From positions 32,001-96,000 of the forward strand of contig CAVVNQ010000002.1 of the NCBI GenBank assembly GCA_963749705.1: a stretch of DNA of 64,000 nucleotides, read 5' to 3'. The stretch is from an uncultured Chloroflexia bacterium. Its GTDB lineage: Bacteria; Chloroflexota; Limnocylindria; Limnocylindrales; CSP1-4. The position numbers were made by a program, and so were the translations under genes. Below, piece by piece: positions 51,681 to 61,445 of this stretch (its first letter is position 1; each line of letters starts with the position of its first letter). A model generated the notes under the pieces. It was not told where the DNA came from. It ran no database searches and saw only the letters and a program-made list of their open reading frames with translations.

Positions 51681-54600
51681 ATGAGACGCCGCCATGGACG
51701 CGCCGAACCGGGACCCCTCGTCCAGATCCCGGTCTGGGGCCAGCCGGAACCCGTCGAACCCGGGACGGAGGCCGGCCCCACGGGCACGGCAGCGCTGCTC
51801 GACGGCCTCAACCCGGAGCAGCGCCGGGCGGTGACGCATGGCGATGGGCCGCTGCTCGTGGTCGCCGGTGCCGGCACCGGCAAGACCCAGGTGATCACCC
51901 GCCGGATCGCGTGGCTGATCGCCACCCGTCGCGCGCGTCCCGCCGAGATCCTCGCGCTGACGTTCACGGACCAGGCGGCCGACGAGATGCAGACGCGCGT
52001 GGACCAGCTGGTGCCCTACGGCTACACGGACACTGCGATCGCCACCTTCCACGCGTTCGGCGACCGGCTGGTCCGCGAGCACGCGCTCGAGCTCGGGTTG
52101 CCGACGGACGTGCGCGTCCTGTCACGTCCCGAGACGGTCGTGTTCCTCCGGGAGCATCTGTTCGAGCTGGACCTGGACGCGTACCGGCCGCTGGGTGACC
52201 CGACCCGGTTCCTCGACGCCCTGGCCACGCTGTTCTCGCGGGCCAAGGACGAGGACGTCTCGCCCGAGGCCTTCCTCGCCCACGCGGACCGGCTCGCGGA
52301 GCATGCGGCCCGGCTGACGGAAGGGCTGGACGGCGGGGGATCGGCGGCCTCGGAGGCGGACACGGGCGCCGCCGCGTCCGCGGAGGAGCAGGCCCGGCGG
52401 CTGCGCGAGCTCGCCCGTGCCTACGCCCGCTACCAGGCGCTGCTCGCCGCGAACGGGGCGATCGACTTCGGCGACCAGGTCTCGCTGGCGCTTCGGCTGC
52501 TCAGGGACTCGCCCGCCGTGCGCGAGGAGGTCCAGCGACGGTTCCGGCACGTGCTGGTGGACGAGTTCCAGGACACCAACCGCGCGCAGGCGGAGCTGGT
52601 GGCGCTGATCGCCCAGCCGCACCGCAACGTCACGGTCGTGGGCGACGACGACCAGTCGATCTACAAGTTCCGGGGCGCCGCGATCAGCAACATCCTCGAG
52701 TTCCGGGAGCGCTACCGGCATGCGAAGGTCGTCGTCCTGCGCCGCAACTACCGTTCCCGGGCGCCGATCCTCGACGCGGCCTATCGCCTGGTCCGGCACA
52801 ACGACCCGGACCGGCTCGAGGTGCGGGCGGGGATCGTGAAGCGACTCGTCGCGGAGCGCGGCGGCGACCCGGCCGCACCGGTCCGGCACGAGGCGTTCGC
52901 GACCGGCGCGGAGGAGGCGGACTGGATCGCGGCCGACGTCGCGCGACGGATCGCGGGCGGGGGGTCACCCCGGGACGTGGCCATCCTCGTTCGGGCCAAC
53001 GCCACGGCCGATCCGATCCTGCGCTCGCTCAACCTCGAGGGCATCCCGTGGCGGTTCTCGGGCACCAGCGGCCTCTACGCCCGCCCCGAGGTCAAGCTGC
53101 TGCTCGCGTTCCTGCGGGCGATCGCCGACCTCGGCTCGTCGGTCGACGTGTATGCGCTCGCGGCATCGGACCTGTACCGCACCGGCGGCGAGGACCTCGT
53201 CGCCATCGTGAACATGGCCCGCCGCCGGAACCGGTCCGTGTGGGACATCCTCGAGGAGCTTGGCAGGCAGCCGGGGATCCTGCGGGTGTCGCCGGAGACT
53301 CGCGAGGCGGCGGCCAGGCTGGTCGAGGACCTGCGGGCGTTCGTCGCCCTCGGTCACGAGCGTCCGGCTGGCGAGGTCATGTACGCGTTCCTGCGCCGGA
53401 CCGGCTGGCTGAAACGCCTCGCCGCGGGCGATTCGGTGGCAAGCGAGGAAGCGCTGTCGAACATCGCGCGCCTGTTCGACATCGTCCGGTCCCAGTCGGC
53501 GCTGCTCGCCGACGACCGGGCCGTGTTCGTCGCGCGTCACCTGCAGACGTTGATCCAGGCCGGCGACGACCCGCCCACGGCGGACATCGACCCCGACGCG
53601 GACGCGGTCGCCGTGATGACCGTCCACAAGGCGAAGGGCCTCGAGTTCCCCGTCGTGTACCTGCCGGGTCTCGTGTCCGGCCGGTTCCCGGCGACGGGCC
53701 GGCGCGAGCCGCTCGCGCTACCGGTCGAGCTGGTCAGGGAGACCCTGCCGGAGGGGGACTACCAGCTCCAGGAGGAGCGCCGGCTGTTCTACGTCGGCAT
53801 GACCCGCGCTCGCGACGAGCTCGTCCTGACCCATGCCGCGGACTACGGCGGCCAGCGCGCCCGGCGGGTCTCGCCGTTCGTGCTCGAGGCGCTCGACCTT
53901 CCGGTCGCATCGGGCGCAGCCGGCGCCGGCGCGAGGACGTCCTCGCCGCTGGAGCGGCTGGGCTCGTTCGAGCGCACCGAGCCCGCGCCGGTCGCGGCCC
54001 GGTCGCGCGGCCGGGAGCCGCTGATGCTCTCGTTCTACGCGATCGACGACTACCTCACCTGCCCGCTCAAGTACAAGTACGCACACGTGCTGCGGGTGCC
54101 GCTCGCGCCCCACCACTCGATCATCTACGGCTCGGCGCTCCATGCCGCGGTCGCCGAGTTCCATCGCCGCCACGCGCGCGGCGACGTGATGGGCGAGGAC
54201 GACCTGTACGCCGCGTTCACCAACGCCTGGCGCAACGAGGGCTTCCTGTCTCGGGAGCACGAGGAGGCACGCCTTGCGGCGGGCCGGCAGGCGCTCCGGA
54301 GGTTCCGCGACGAGCAGCTGGCGCCCGGCGCGATCGTGCCCGCGTACGTGGAGCGCGAGTTCAGCTTCCTCCTCGACGGCGACCGGGTCCGCGGCCGCTA
54401 CGACCGCGTGGACATCGTGCCCCGGGCCGATGCGCCCGACATGTCCGAGCCGGCCGCAGCCGCCGCAGACGGTGACTACGCATCCGGCGCCGACGTCATC
54501 GAGCCGACGCTCGAGCTGTCGCCGGAGGTGGTCACGATCACCGACTACAAGTCGTCGGACGTGCGCGACCCCGCCAAGGCGAGACAGCGGGCCAAGGGGT

Positions 54601-54857
54601 CGCTGCAGCTGTCGATCTACGCGATGGGCTACGAGGCGACCACCGGGCGCCTGCCCGACCGGGTCGCGCTCCACTTCCTGGACTCTGGCCTGGTCGGAAC
54701 GGCGGCGGTCGACCGGCGGCGGATCGAGAAGGCGCGCGAGGCGATCCGGACGGCCGCCGCGGGAATGCGCAGTGGCACGTTCGACGCACGGCCCGACTTC
54801 GTCTCGTGCACGTACTGCGCGTTCCGCGAGATCTGCCCCTCGAGCGCGGTCCGCTGA
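51681..54857 (+). CDS. UvrD/PcrA-like SF1A helicase fused to a RecB-family (PD-(D/E)xK, Fe-S) nuclease
   Basis: AGAGTGKT, DEFQD, VGDDDQSIY, NYRS, TVHKAKGLEF, EERRLFYV; nuclease CP...RYDRVD...DYKS...QLSIY...CTYC...C; start uncertain. Confidence 0.93.
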   Translation: MRRRHGRAEPGPLVQIPVWGQPEPVEPGTEAGPTGTAALLDGLNPEQRRAVTHGDGPLLVVAGAGTGKTQVITRRIAWLIATRRARPAEILALTFTDQAADEMQTRVDQLVPYGYTDTAIATFHAFGDRLVREHALELGLPTDVRVLSRPETVVFLREHLFELDLDAYRPLGDPTRFLDALATLFSRAKDEDVSPEAFLAHADRLAEHAARLTEGLDGGGSAASEADTGAAASAEEQARRLRELARAYARYQALLAANGAIDFGDQVSLALRLLRDSPAVREEVQRRFRHVLVDEFQDTNRAQAELVALIAQPHRNVTVVGDDDQSIYKFRGAAISNILEFRERYRHAKVVVLRRNYRSRAPILDAAYRLVRHNDPDRLEVRAGIVKRLVAERGGDPAAPVRHEAFATGAEEADWIAADVARRIAGGGSPRDVAILVRANATADPILRSLNLEGIPWRFSGTSGLYARPEVKLLLAFLRAIADLGSSVDVYALAASDLYRTGGEDLVAIVNMARRRNRSVWDILEELGRQPGILRVSPETREAAARLVEDLRAFVALGHERPAGEVMYAFLRRTGWLKRLAAGDSVASEEALSNIARLFDIVRSQSALLADDRAVFVARHLQTLIQAGDDPPTADIDPDADAVAVMTVHKAKGLEFPVVYLPGLVSGRFPATGRREPLALPVELVRETLPEGDYQLQEERRLFYVGMTRARDELVLTHAADYGGQRARRVSPFVLEALDLPVASGAAGAGARTSSPLERLGSFERTEPAPVAARSRGREPLMLSFYAIDDYLTCPLKYKYAHVLRVPLAPHHSIIYGSALHAAVAEFHRRHARGDVMGEDDLYAAFTNAWRNEGFLSREHEEARLAAGRQALRRFRDEQLAPGAIVPAYVEREFSFLLDGDRVRGRYDRVDIVPRADAPDMSEPAAAAADGDYASGADVIEPTLELSPEVVTITDYKSSDVRDPAKARQRAKGSLQLSIYAMGYEATTGRLPDRVALHFLDSGLVGTAAVDRRRIEKAREAIRTAAAGMRSGTFDARPDFVSCTYCAFREICPSSAVR

Positions 54858-54861
54858 CGCC

Positions 54862-55749
54862 ATGCCCGCCATCGGCCGCGACGATCGGCGGGCCATCGAC
54901 GCCGTCCTTGCCGGCACCCTGCCGGGCGCGGTCGTCGTCGCCGACAACCTCGAGGCGCTGCGCCACATCCCCGATGGCGTGGTCGACCTGGCGTACGCGG
55001 ATCCGCCGTTCGCGACGGGCGGTGCGCGGCGGCTGCAGTCGATCCGGACCGGGACCGGCGACGCCGTCCGCCGGGGCTTCGCGGGCCGCACCTACCGCTA
55101 CCGGGTCGTGCAGGACCTCGCGTGGCCGGACGACCTGCCCCTCGACGCCCACCTGGCGGCCATCCGCGAGCGGCTGGTCGAGATCCGGCGCGTGCTGGCG
55201 CCCCACGGCTCGCTGTACCTGCACGTCGACTGGCGGACGGTCCACCACGTGCGCCTGCTCCTGGACGACGTGTTCGGCGCGGAGCGCTTCCTCAACGAGA
55301 TCGTGTGGGCCTATGACTACGGGGGACGGCCCCGCGACCGCTGGCCACGCAAGCACGACTCGATCCTGTGGTACGCGAAGGGCGACAGCTGGCGGTTCGA
55401 GCGCGATGCGATCGACCGGGTGCCGTACCTCGCCCCGGACCTGGTCGGCCCCGAGAAGGCCGCCCGCGGCAAGCTGCCCACCGACGTGTGGTGGATGACC
55501 ATCGTGCCGCCGGGCTCGCGGGAGCGGACCGGGTACCCGACCCAGAAGCCGGTCCAGCTGCTGGAGCGAATCGTGGCGGCGTCGAGCCGGCCGGGCGACC
55601 TCGTCCTCGATCCCTACGCGGGCAGCGGCACGACGGGCGTCGCGGCTGCCCGCCTCGGCCGGCGCTGGATCCTCGTCGACCGCAACCCGGCCGCTGTGGC
55701 CATCGCCCGTGAGCGGATCACCGGCGTGGCGGAGCCCCGCGAGCGATGA
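54862..55749 (+). CDS. Beta-class N6-adenine/N4-cytosine DNA methyltransferase
   Basis: DPPF catalytic motif precedes YPTQKP and DPYAGSGTT (SAM motif I). Confidence 0.92.
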   Translation: MPAIGRDDRRAIDAVLAGTLPGAVVVADNLEALRHIPDGVVDLAYADPPFATGGARRLQSIRTGTGDAVRRGFAGRTYRYRVVQDLAWPDDLPLDAHLAAIRERLVEIRRVLAPHGSLYLHVDWRTVHHVRLLLDDVFGAERFLNEIVWAYDYGGRPRDRWPRKHDSILWYAKGDSWRFERDAIDRVPYLAPDLVGPEKAARGKLPTDVWWMTIVPPGSRERTGYPTQKPVQLLERIVAASSRPGDLVLDPYAGSGTTGVAAARLGRRWILVDRNPAAVAIARERITGVAEPRER

Positions 55750-56525
55750 TCGAGGCGATCACGTTCGATTTCGGGAACACCCTGGTGCCGGTGTCGTCGG
55801 CCGGCCTGCGCGGCGTCGTCGGGCGCACGGCACTGGCGATGGCGGAGCGGCTCGGCCCGTTCGACGTCGACGAGGTGCTGCGGGCGTGGGCCGACGAGCG
55901 CGAGCGCCAGTTCCGCGAGGAGGTGCCGCAGTTCCGTGAGGTCGACCTCACCCAGCGGCTCGCCCGGATCCTGGCGCGGCTCCGGGGCATGGCGCCGCCG
56001 CCCGCCGACCGGCGCTGGGACGATGCGGCCGCGGCCGCGCTCAGCGGGCCGGAGGAGATCGCGTGGGCGGTCGACACGTACTCGCGCAGCTTCGTCGATG
56101 CGCTCCCACCCGCGCCCGAGGCCGGCGCCGTACTTCAACGCCTGGCCGGTCGTTACCGGCTGGCCATCCTGTCCAACTGGCCGCTGGCGGCGACGATCGA
56201 CCGGTATGCCGGGGCCGCCGGGTGGATGCCCCACCTCGATGCCATCGTCGTCTCCCAGCGAGTGGGCGCAATCAAGCCGCATCCGGCGATGTTCGAGGCC
56301 GCGCGAGCGGCGCTCGGATCCCCCGATCCTCGCGCGATCCTGCACGTGGGCGATGACTGGGCCGCCGATGTCGTCGGGGCGAGGCGGGCCGGCTGGCGGG
56401 CTGCCTACGTGACGGGGCGGCCTGGCGATTCGCCGCTGCCGGGCAGCCCGCGCGGGCGGGGCCTGGAGGCGGACATCGAGATCGTGTCCATCGGCGAGCT
56501 CGAGGCTCGGCTGGTCGCCCTGTAG
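55746..56525 (+). CDS. HAD-superfamily hydrolase
   Basis: FDFGNTL, LSN, KP, HVGDDWAADVVGA. Confidence 0.92.
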   Translation: MIEAITFDFGNTLVPVSSAGLRGVVGRTALAMAERLGPFDVDEVLRAWADERERQFREEVPQFREVDLTQRLARILARLRGMAPPPADRRWDDAAAAALSGPEEIAWAVDTYSRSFVDALPPAPEAGAVLQRLAGRYRLAILSNWPLAATIDRYAGAAGWMPHLDAIVVSQRVGAIKPHPAMFEAARAALGSPDPRAILHVGDDWAADVVGARRAGWRAAYVTGRPGDSPLPGSPRGRGLEADIEIVSIGELEARLVAL

Positions 56526-56569
56526 CACGGGCCTCCTCGCGGGGTCTGCGGTGGGTAGACTCGGTGGCG

Positions 56570-56944
56570 ATGGAGCCCCGCGACCGCGTCGCCAACCTCG
56601 CGCTGCTTGCCGGCGCGGGCGTGGCGTGGATCCTGGTCGGCCTCGTGGTCACGACCCGTGATCCGTACCAGGACGCGATGGCCGGCTACCTCGGTGCGCT
56701 GCTGATCGGCGTGGCCGTCGGCATCACCGGGATCCCGCTCAGCTGGCTGGTCGTGTTCGCCCGCCATCGCCGGATCGCCTACCAGGGCGACTGGCTCCGC
56801 GCCGCACGGCGCGGCGGCTGGATCGGGCTGTTCGTCGCGGTCCTCGTCGTGCTCAGGCTGGTGGACGCCTTCCAGCTGCCCATCGTGCTGTTCCTCGCCG
56901 CCATCTTCACCGTTGCCGAGGTCACCCTCTCGGCCGAACGCTAG
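56570..56944 (+). CDS. Four-TM membrane protein of unknown function
   Basis: Hydrophobic helices, AARRGG motif; TAGACT upstream; GTG 56564 also possible. Confidence 0.78.
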   Translation: MEPRDRVANLALLAGAGVAWILVGLVVTTRDPYQDAMAGYLGALLIGVAVGITGIPLSWLVVFARHRRIAYQGDWLRAARRGGWIGLFVAVLVVLRLVDAFQLPIVLFLAAIFTVAEVTLSAER

Positions 56945-56952
56945 GAGCTCCC

Positions 56953-58176
56953 GTGATCGAACCGCTGACCACCGTGCGTCCCGCCGAGCCCTTCGCCGAC
57001 CTGAAGGCGAGGGCGACGGCAGCCGTCGAGGACGCCCGCGACGAGATCCTCGGGCTGTCGCACCGAATCCACGCCAACCCCGAGCCCGCGTTCGAGGAGC
57101 ACCAGGCCGCCAGATGGGTCGCCGAGGTCATCGCGCGCCACGGCTACGCGGTCGAGGCCCCGGCGGGCAGCCTGGCGACCGCCGTCCGTGGCCGGCTGAC
57201 GGGCGGCCTCGGGCCGGACGGACCGCGGATCGGCGTCCTCGCCGAGTACGACGCGCTGCCCGGGCTGGGCCATGGCTGCGGGCACAACACGATGGCCGCC
57301 TCCGGCGTCGGCGCCGCGATCGCCCTGGCCGCCATCCGCGACGCCTTTGCGGGCGAGATCGTGTTCCTGGGCACGCCGGCCGAGGAGCGGGGGAGCGGCA
57401 AGGAGATCATGATCCGCGACGGCCTGTTCGAGGGCCTCGACGCGGCGCTGCTGTTCCATCCCTCCGACCGCAACCACGTGGAGATCGCACCCCTCGCCTC
57501 GGAGGACGTCAGCGTCACGTTCACCGGCCTCCAGAGCCACGCCGCCGCAGAGCCGTGGAACGGTCGCAACGCGCTGGACGCGATGATCGCGCTGTTCGTC
57601 TCTGTCGGGCTGTGGCGCCAGCAGCTCCAGCCGCATGCCCGCGTCCACGGGATCATCCAGGAGGGCGGCACGGCCGCCAACATCATCCCGGCCACGACCC
57701 GCGCCTGGTTCATGATCCGGAGCGCCGACCAGGCTTACTACGAGGTGATGAAGGCGCGCTTCCGCCAGCTGTGCGACGCGGCTGCGTTGGCCGCCGACGT
57801 CGAGGTCGAGGTGGAGTTCTCGGGCGCGGCGACGACCATGAACCACAACCGGACCCTGGCCGCCCGCTGGGTTGCCAACGCCGAGGCCTTCGGGATCGCC
57901 GACCAGGGTATGGACGCGGCGTCGGGCTCGACCGACATGGCCAACGTGTCCTGGGTGGTGCCCGCGATCCACCCCGAGGTGTCGATCACCGAAGGCCCCA
58001 CGCCGGGGCACTCGATCGAGTTCCGTGACGCCGCGGCTCGCCCGCGCGCGGATCGAACGGTGCTGACGGCGGCGGCGCTGGTGGCGCACACGGCCATCGA
58101 CCTGCTGTGCGATCCGGGGATGGTCGATGCGGCGTGGCAGGAGTTCCGCGCGACGCCCGGGATCGAAGGATCGTGA
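56953..58176 (+). CDS. M20/M25/M40 family amidohydrolase
   Basis: IHANPE, EYDALP..GHGCGHN, TPAEE, GSTDMANVS. Confidence 0.93.
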   Translation: MIEPLTTVRPAEPFADLKARATAAVEDARDEILGLSHRIHANPEPAFEEHQAARWVAEVIARHGYAVEAPAGSLATAVRGRLTGGLGPDGPRIGVLAEYDALPGLGHGCGHNTMAASGVGAAIALAAIRDAFAGEIVFLGTPAEERGSGKEIMIRDGLFEGLDAALLFHPSDRNHVEIAPLASEDVSVTFTGLQSHAAAEPWNGRNALDAMIALFVSVGLWRQQLQPHARVHGIIQEGGTAANIIPATTRAWFMIRSADQAYYEVMKARFRQLCDAAALAADVEVEVEFSGAATTMNHNRTLAARWVANAEAFGIADQGMDAASGSTDMANVSWVVPAIHPEVSITEGPTPGHSIEFRDAAARPRADRTVLTAAALVAHTAIDLLCDPGMVDAAWQEFRATPGIEGS

Positions 58177-58370
58177 GCGCTTCGCGACCGGCGTCCCGCT
58201 CTGACCCGGAGCGGCCGATCGCGCGCCGCACGCCCAGCGGTTAGGATTGCCGGCGGCGCGCCCCGCTGGACGGTGAACACGAACCGGCGGCGCCCCGGCT
58301 GAGGCGGTGATGATCCGCCGGTCGTCCGCGATGTCGTCACGTCGCGACGCCCGACCGCCTCCGGAGGTGC

Positions 58371-59435
58371 ATGGTGGCCGAGCGTCCCGGGCATTCGGGC
58401 GATGTCGACTTCGCCGCGCGAAACGGGTGGGACCAGCCGTACGAGACGTACGACGACTACGACCTGCCGACCTACGTCGGGCTGCCCACGTTCATGAAGC
58501 TGCCGTGGGTGCCCGACGCGTCGGACCTCCGGGCGCGGAACGTCGACGTGGCCATCGTCGGCGCGCCGTTCGACGATGCGGTCAGCCACCGGCCCGGGGC
58601 ACGGTTCGGCCCGCGGGCGATCCGCGAGGCGCAGTACACGAGCGGGTCGATCCACTCCCTCCAGCTGGGCAACGAGCCGTTCGAGGTCCTCAACGTCGTC
58701 GACGCGGGCGACGCGAACATCGTCCCGTCCTGGATCGACCGCGCCCATGCCCTGATCTACCGCAAGGTCCACGAGGTCGCGGCGACGGGCGCGATCCCGA
58801 TCGTCCTTGGCGGCGACCATTCGATCACGTGGCCGTCGGCCACCGCGATCGCCGATGTCCGCCGGCCGGGCAGCATCGGCATCGTCCACTTCGACGCCCA
58901 CGCGGACACGGCCAGCGACGACTGGGGCGTCCTCGCCGGGCACGGCACGCCGATGCGCCGCCTGATCGAGTCCGGCGCGGTCAAGGGCCGGAACTTCGTT
59001 CAGGTCGGTCTGCGCGGCTACTGGCCGCCGGTCGAGACGTTCGAATGGATGCGCGAGCAGGGCCTGCGGTGGCACCTGATGCGCGAGATCGAGGAGCGGG
59101 GGGCCGAGGCCGTCATCGACGACGCGATCGCCGAGGCGCTCGACGGCCCCGACTGCATCTACATCTCGGTCGACATCGATGTCATCGACCCGGGCAGCGC
59201 CCCCGGGACCGGGACGCCCGAGCCGGGCGGGCTGCTGCCCCGCGAGGTGCTGCGGGCGGTGCGCCGGATCGCCGGAGCCGTCGACGTGGCGGGCATGGAC
59301 ATCGTCGAGGTCTCACCGCCGTACGACCATGCCGAGGTCACCGCAATGGCCGCCAACCGGATCGCGCTGGAGGCGATCTCCGCGCTCGCCGCCAAGCGGC
59401 TGGCCGGGCACCCCGTCCGGTACGAGCGCCCGTGA
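58371..59435 (+). CDS. speB: Agmatinase/ureohydrolase family protein
   Basis: GARFGP, GGDHS, DAHAD, HGTP, SVDIDVIDP..APGTGTP, EVSP. Confidence 0.9.
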   Translation: MVAERPGHSGDVDFAARNGWDQPYETYDDYDLPTYVGLPTFMKLPWVPDASDLRARNVDVAIVGAPFDDAVSHRPGARFGPRAIREAQYTSGSIHSLQLGNEPFEVLNVVDAGDANIVPSWIDRAHALIYRKVHEVAATGAIPIVLGGDHSITWPSATAIADVRRPGSIGIVHFDAHADTASDDWGVLAGHGTPMRRLIESGAVKGRNFVQVGLRGYWPPVETFEWMREQGLRWHLMREIEERGAEAVIDDAIAEALDGPDCIYISVDIDVIDPGSAPGTGTPEPGGLLPREVLRAVRRIAGAVDVAGMDIVEVSPPYDHAEVTAMAANRIALEAISALAAKRLAGHPVRYERP

Positions 59436-60217
59436 CGGAGACCGCCGCGGCCGCGCTGGCCCGCCTCTACGACCTCGACCTGTCGGAGGATCCCGGCGAC
59501 CTCGACCTGTACCGGGCCCTCGCCGCGCGCACGGGCGGACCGATCCTTGAGCTCGCGGTCGGCACCGGGCGACTGGCCGTGCCGCTCGCGAGGGATGGGT
59601 ATCCGGTGACCGGCGTCGACCTCGACCCCGCGATGCTGGCCCGCGCGACCGCGGCCGCGGATGCCGAGGGGCTCGAGGTCGCGCGGCGGCTGCGCCTGAT
59701 CGAGGGCGACGCGCGGACGATCCGCCTCACCGAGGCGGGCAGCTTCCGGCTGGCGACCATCCCCCTCAACTCGATCTTCCTGATGGGCACGCGGACCGAC
59801 CAGGCGGCAGCCGTGGCGACGCTGGCGGCGCACCTTGCGCCGGGTGGTCTTGCGGTCCTCGACGCGTGGCTACCGGACGCGGAGGACCTTGCGCGCTATG
59901 ACGGTCGCGTGATCCTCGAGTGGGTGCGCGAGGAGCCCTCGACCGGCATGACCGTGACCAAGACCGGCAGCGCGATCTACGACCCCGCGAACGGGATCGT
60001 CCAGCTGACCACGATATTCGACGCCGGCCTGCCCGGCGAGCCACCCGTGCGCTGGGTCCGGTCCGACCGCCTGCGATTGGTCGGCCCCGACGAGCTGGTC
60101 TCCTTCACCGAGTCGGCGGGCCTCGCGATCGAGTCGGTGGCGGGCGACTGGGACCTGGGCCCGCTCGTCGCGGGCGCGGAACGGGTCGTCGTGGTGGCGC
60201 GCAGGACCGGCGCCTGA
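59432..60217 (+). CDS. Class I SAM-dependent methyltransferase
   Basis: ILELAVGTGR, GVDLDPAML, HLAPGG; GTG overlaps the agmatinase stop. Confidence 0.9.
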   Translation: MTETAAAALARLYDLDLSEDPGDLDLYRALAARTGGPILELAVGTGRLAVPLARDGYPVTGVDLDPAMLARATAAADAEGLEVARRLRLIEGDARTIRLTEAGSFRLATIPLNSIFLMGTRTDQAAAVATLAAHLAPGGLAVLDAWLPDAEDLARYDGRVILEWVREEPSTGMTVTKTGSAIYDPANGIVQLTTIFDAGLPGEPPVRWVRSDRLRLVGPDELVSFTESAGLAIESVAGDWDLGPLVAGAERVVVVARRTGA

Positions 60218-60296
60218 CCCTGATCCGGTCACCTGGCCGGACCCGTGACCATCGGGGCGGATTGGCACCCCCGGCTCGCGTGGTAGAGTCGCGCCG

Positions 60297-61436
60297 ATGC
60301 CGGATCAGATCCGCCTGCTCGTGGTCGAGGACGTCCCCCAGGTCGCCCAGTACATTCGTGGCCTGCTCAACACGCAATCCGCGATCAAGCTGCTGGATGT
60401 CGTGAGCGATGGCACGCGCGTGGCCAAGATGGTGTCGGAGCTGCGGCCCGACGTGGTGCTCGTCGACGCGCTGCTCCAGGGACGCCTCAAGGGCATGGCG
60501 CTGGTCGAGCGGTTGCACGAGTCGGGCGTCGGGGTGCCGGTCATCGTGCTGACCGTCCCGCAGCGGCCCGTCGAGGCCGACCCTGACAACGGCATCCACG
60601 GGGTGCTCGCGATGCCCTTCTCCGGGTACGACCTGATCACCCGCCTCCAGGCCGTGCGCGAGATGGTGGCCGCCATCGAGGGCGTCGGCACGGCGCGCAT
60701 GATCACCGTGTTCGCGCCCAAGGGCGGGGTCGGCAAGACGACGCTGGCGTTCAACATCGCGGTCGCGATCGGGCAGCTGAACCAGAAGACCGTCCTCATC
60801 GACGGCAGCCTCCAGTTCGGCGACATGCGAGCGCTGCTCAAGGTTCCGGCCGAGGCCCCGTCGCTCCTGGACCTGCCGACCGATCGCATCCAGGAATCGG
60901 ACCTCCAGGACGTCCTGTGGCGCGATCCGTCGGGCATCGACATCCTGCTCGCGCCGCCACGGATCGAGATGGCGGAGATGGTCACGGTCCGCGATCTCGA
61001 GAAGATGCTGTCGCTGATGCGTCGGGTGTATGACTTCGTGATCGTGGATACCACCTCCGTCGTCAACGACGTCAACCTGGCATTCCTCGACGCCGCGGAC
61101 ACGATCCTGGAGATCGTGACCCATGACTCGACCACGATCCACAACACGATGGTGATGGCCGACGCGTTCCGGATGATCGGCTACCCGGCGACCAAGGTGC
61201 AGTACCTGGTGAACCGCGCCGACTCGACCGGCGGCATCGACCCCGAGATCCTGAATCGCGCCCTGGGCCGCGTGCCCGAGCATCGGGTCGGCTCCGGCGG
61301 GGCGATCGTCGTGAACGCCAACAACGAGGGCATCCCGTTCGTCCTCGCCGACCCGGCCGCGACGATCAGCCAGGAGGTCATGCACGCAGCGTCGGCGATC
61401 GTCGGGCACGGAGCGCCCGTCGCGAGCCGGCGGTAG
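60297..61436 (+). CDS. cpaE: Receiver domain + MinD/ParA ATPase (CpaE/TadZ-like)
   Basis: N-terminal REC (LLVVED...VLVD), deviant Walker A KGGVGKTT, LQFGD, YDFVIVDT. Confidence 0.85.
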   Translation: MPDQIRLLVVEDVPQVAQYIRGLLNTQSAIKLLDVVSDGTRVAKMVSELRPDVVLVDALLQGRLKGMALVERLHESGVGVPVIVLTVPQRPVEADPDNGIHGVLAMPFSGYDLITRLQAVREMVAAIEGVGTARMITVFAPKGGVGKTTLAFNIAVAIGQLNQKTVLIDGSLQFGDMRALLKVPAEAPSLLDLPTDRIQESDLQDVLWRDPSGIDILLAPPRIEMAEMVTVRDLEKMLSLMRRVYDFVIVDTTSVVNDVNLAFLDAADTILEIVTHDSTTIHNTMVMADAFRMIGYPATKVQYLVNRADSTGGIDPEILNRALGRVPEHRVGSGGAIVVNANNEGIPFVLADPAATISQEVMHAASAIVGHGAPVASRR

Positions 61437-61445
61437 CACGAGGTC

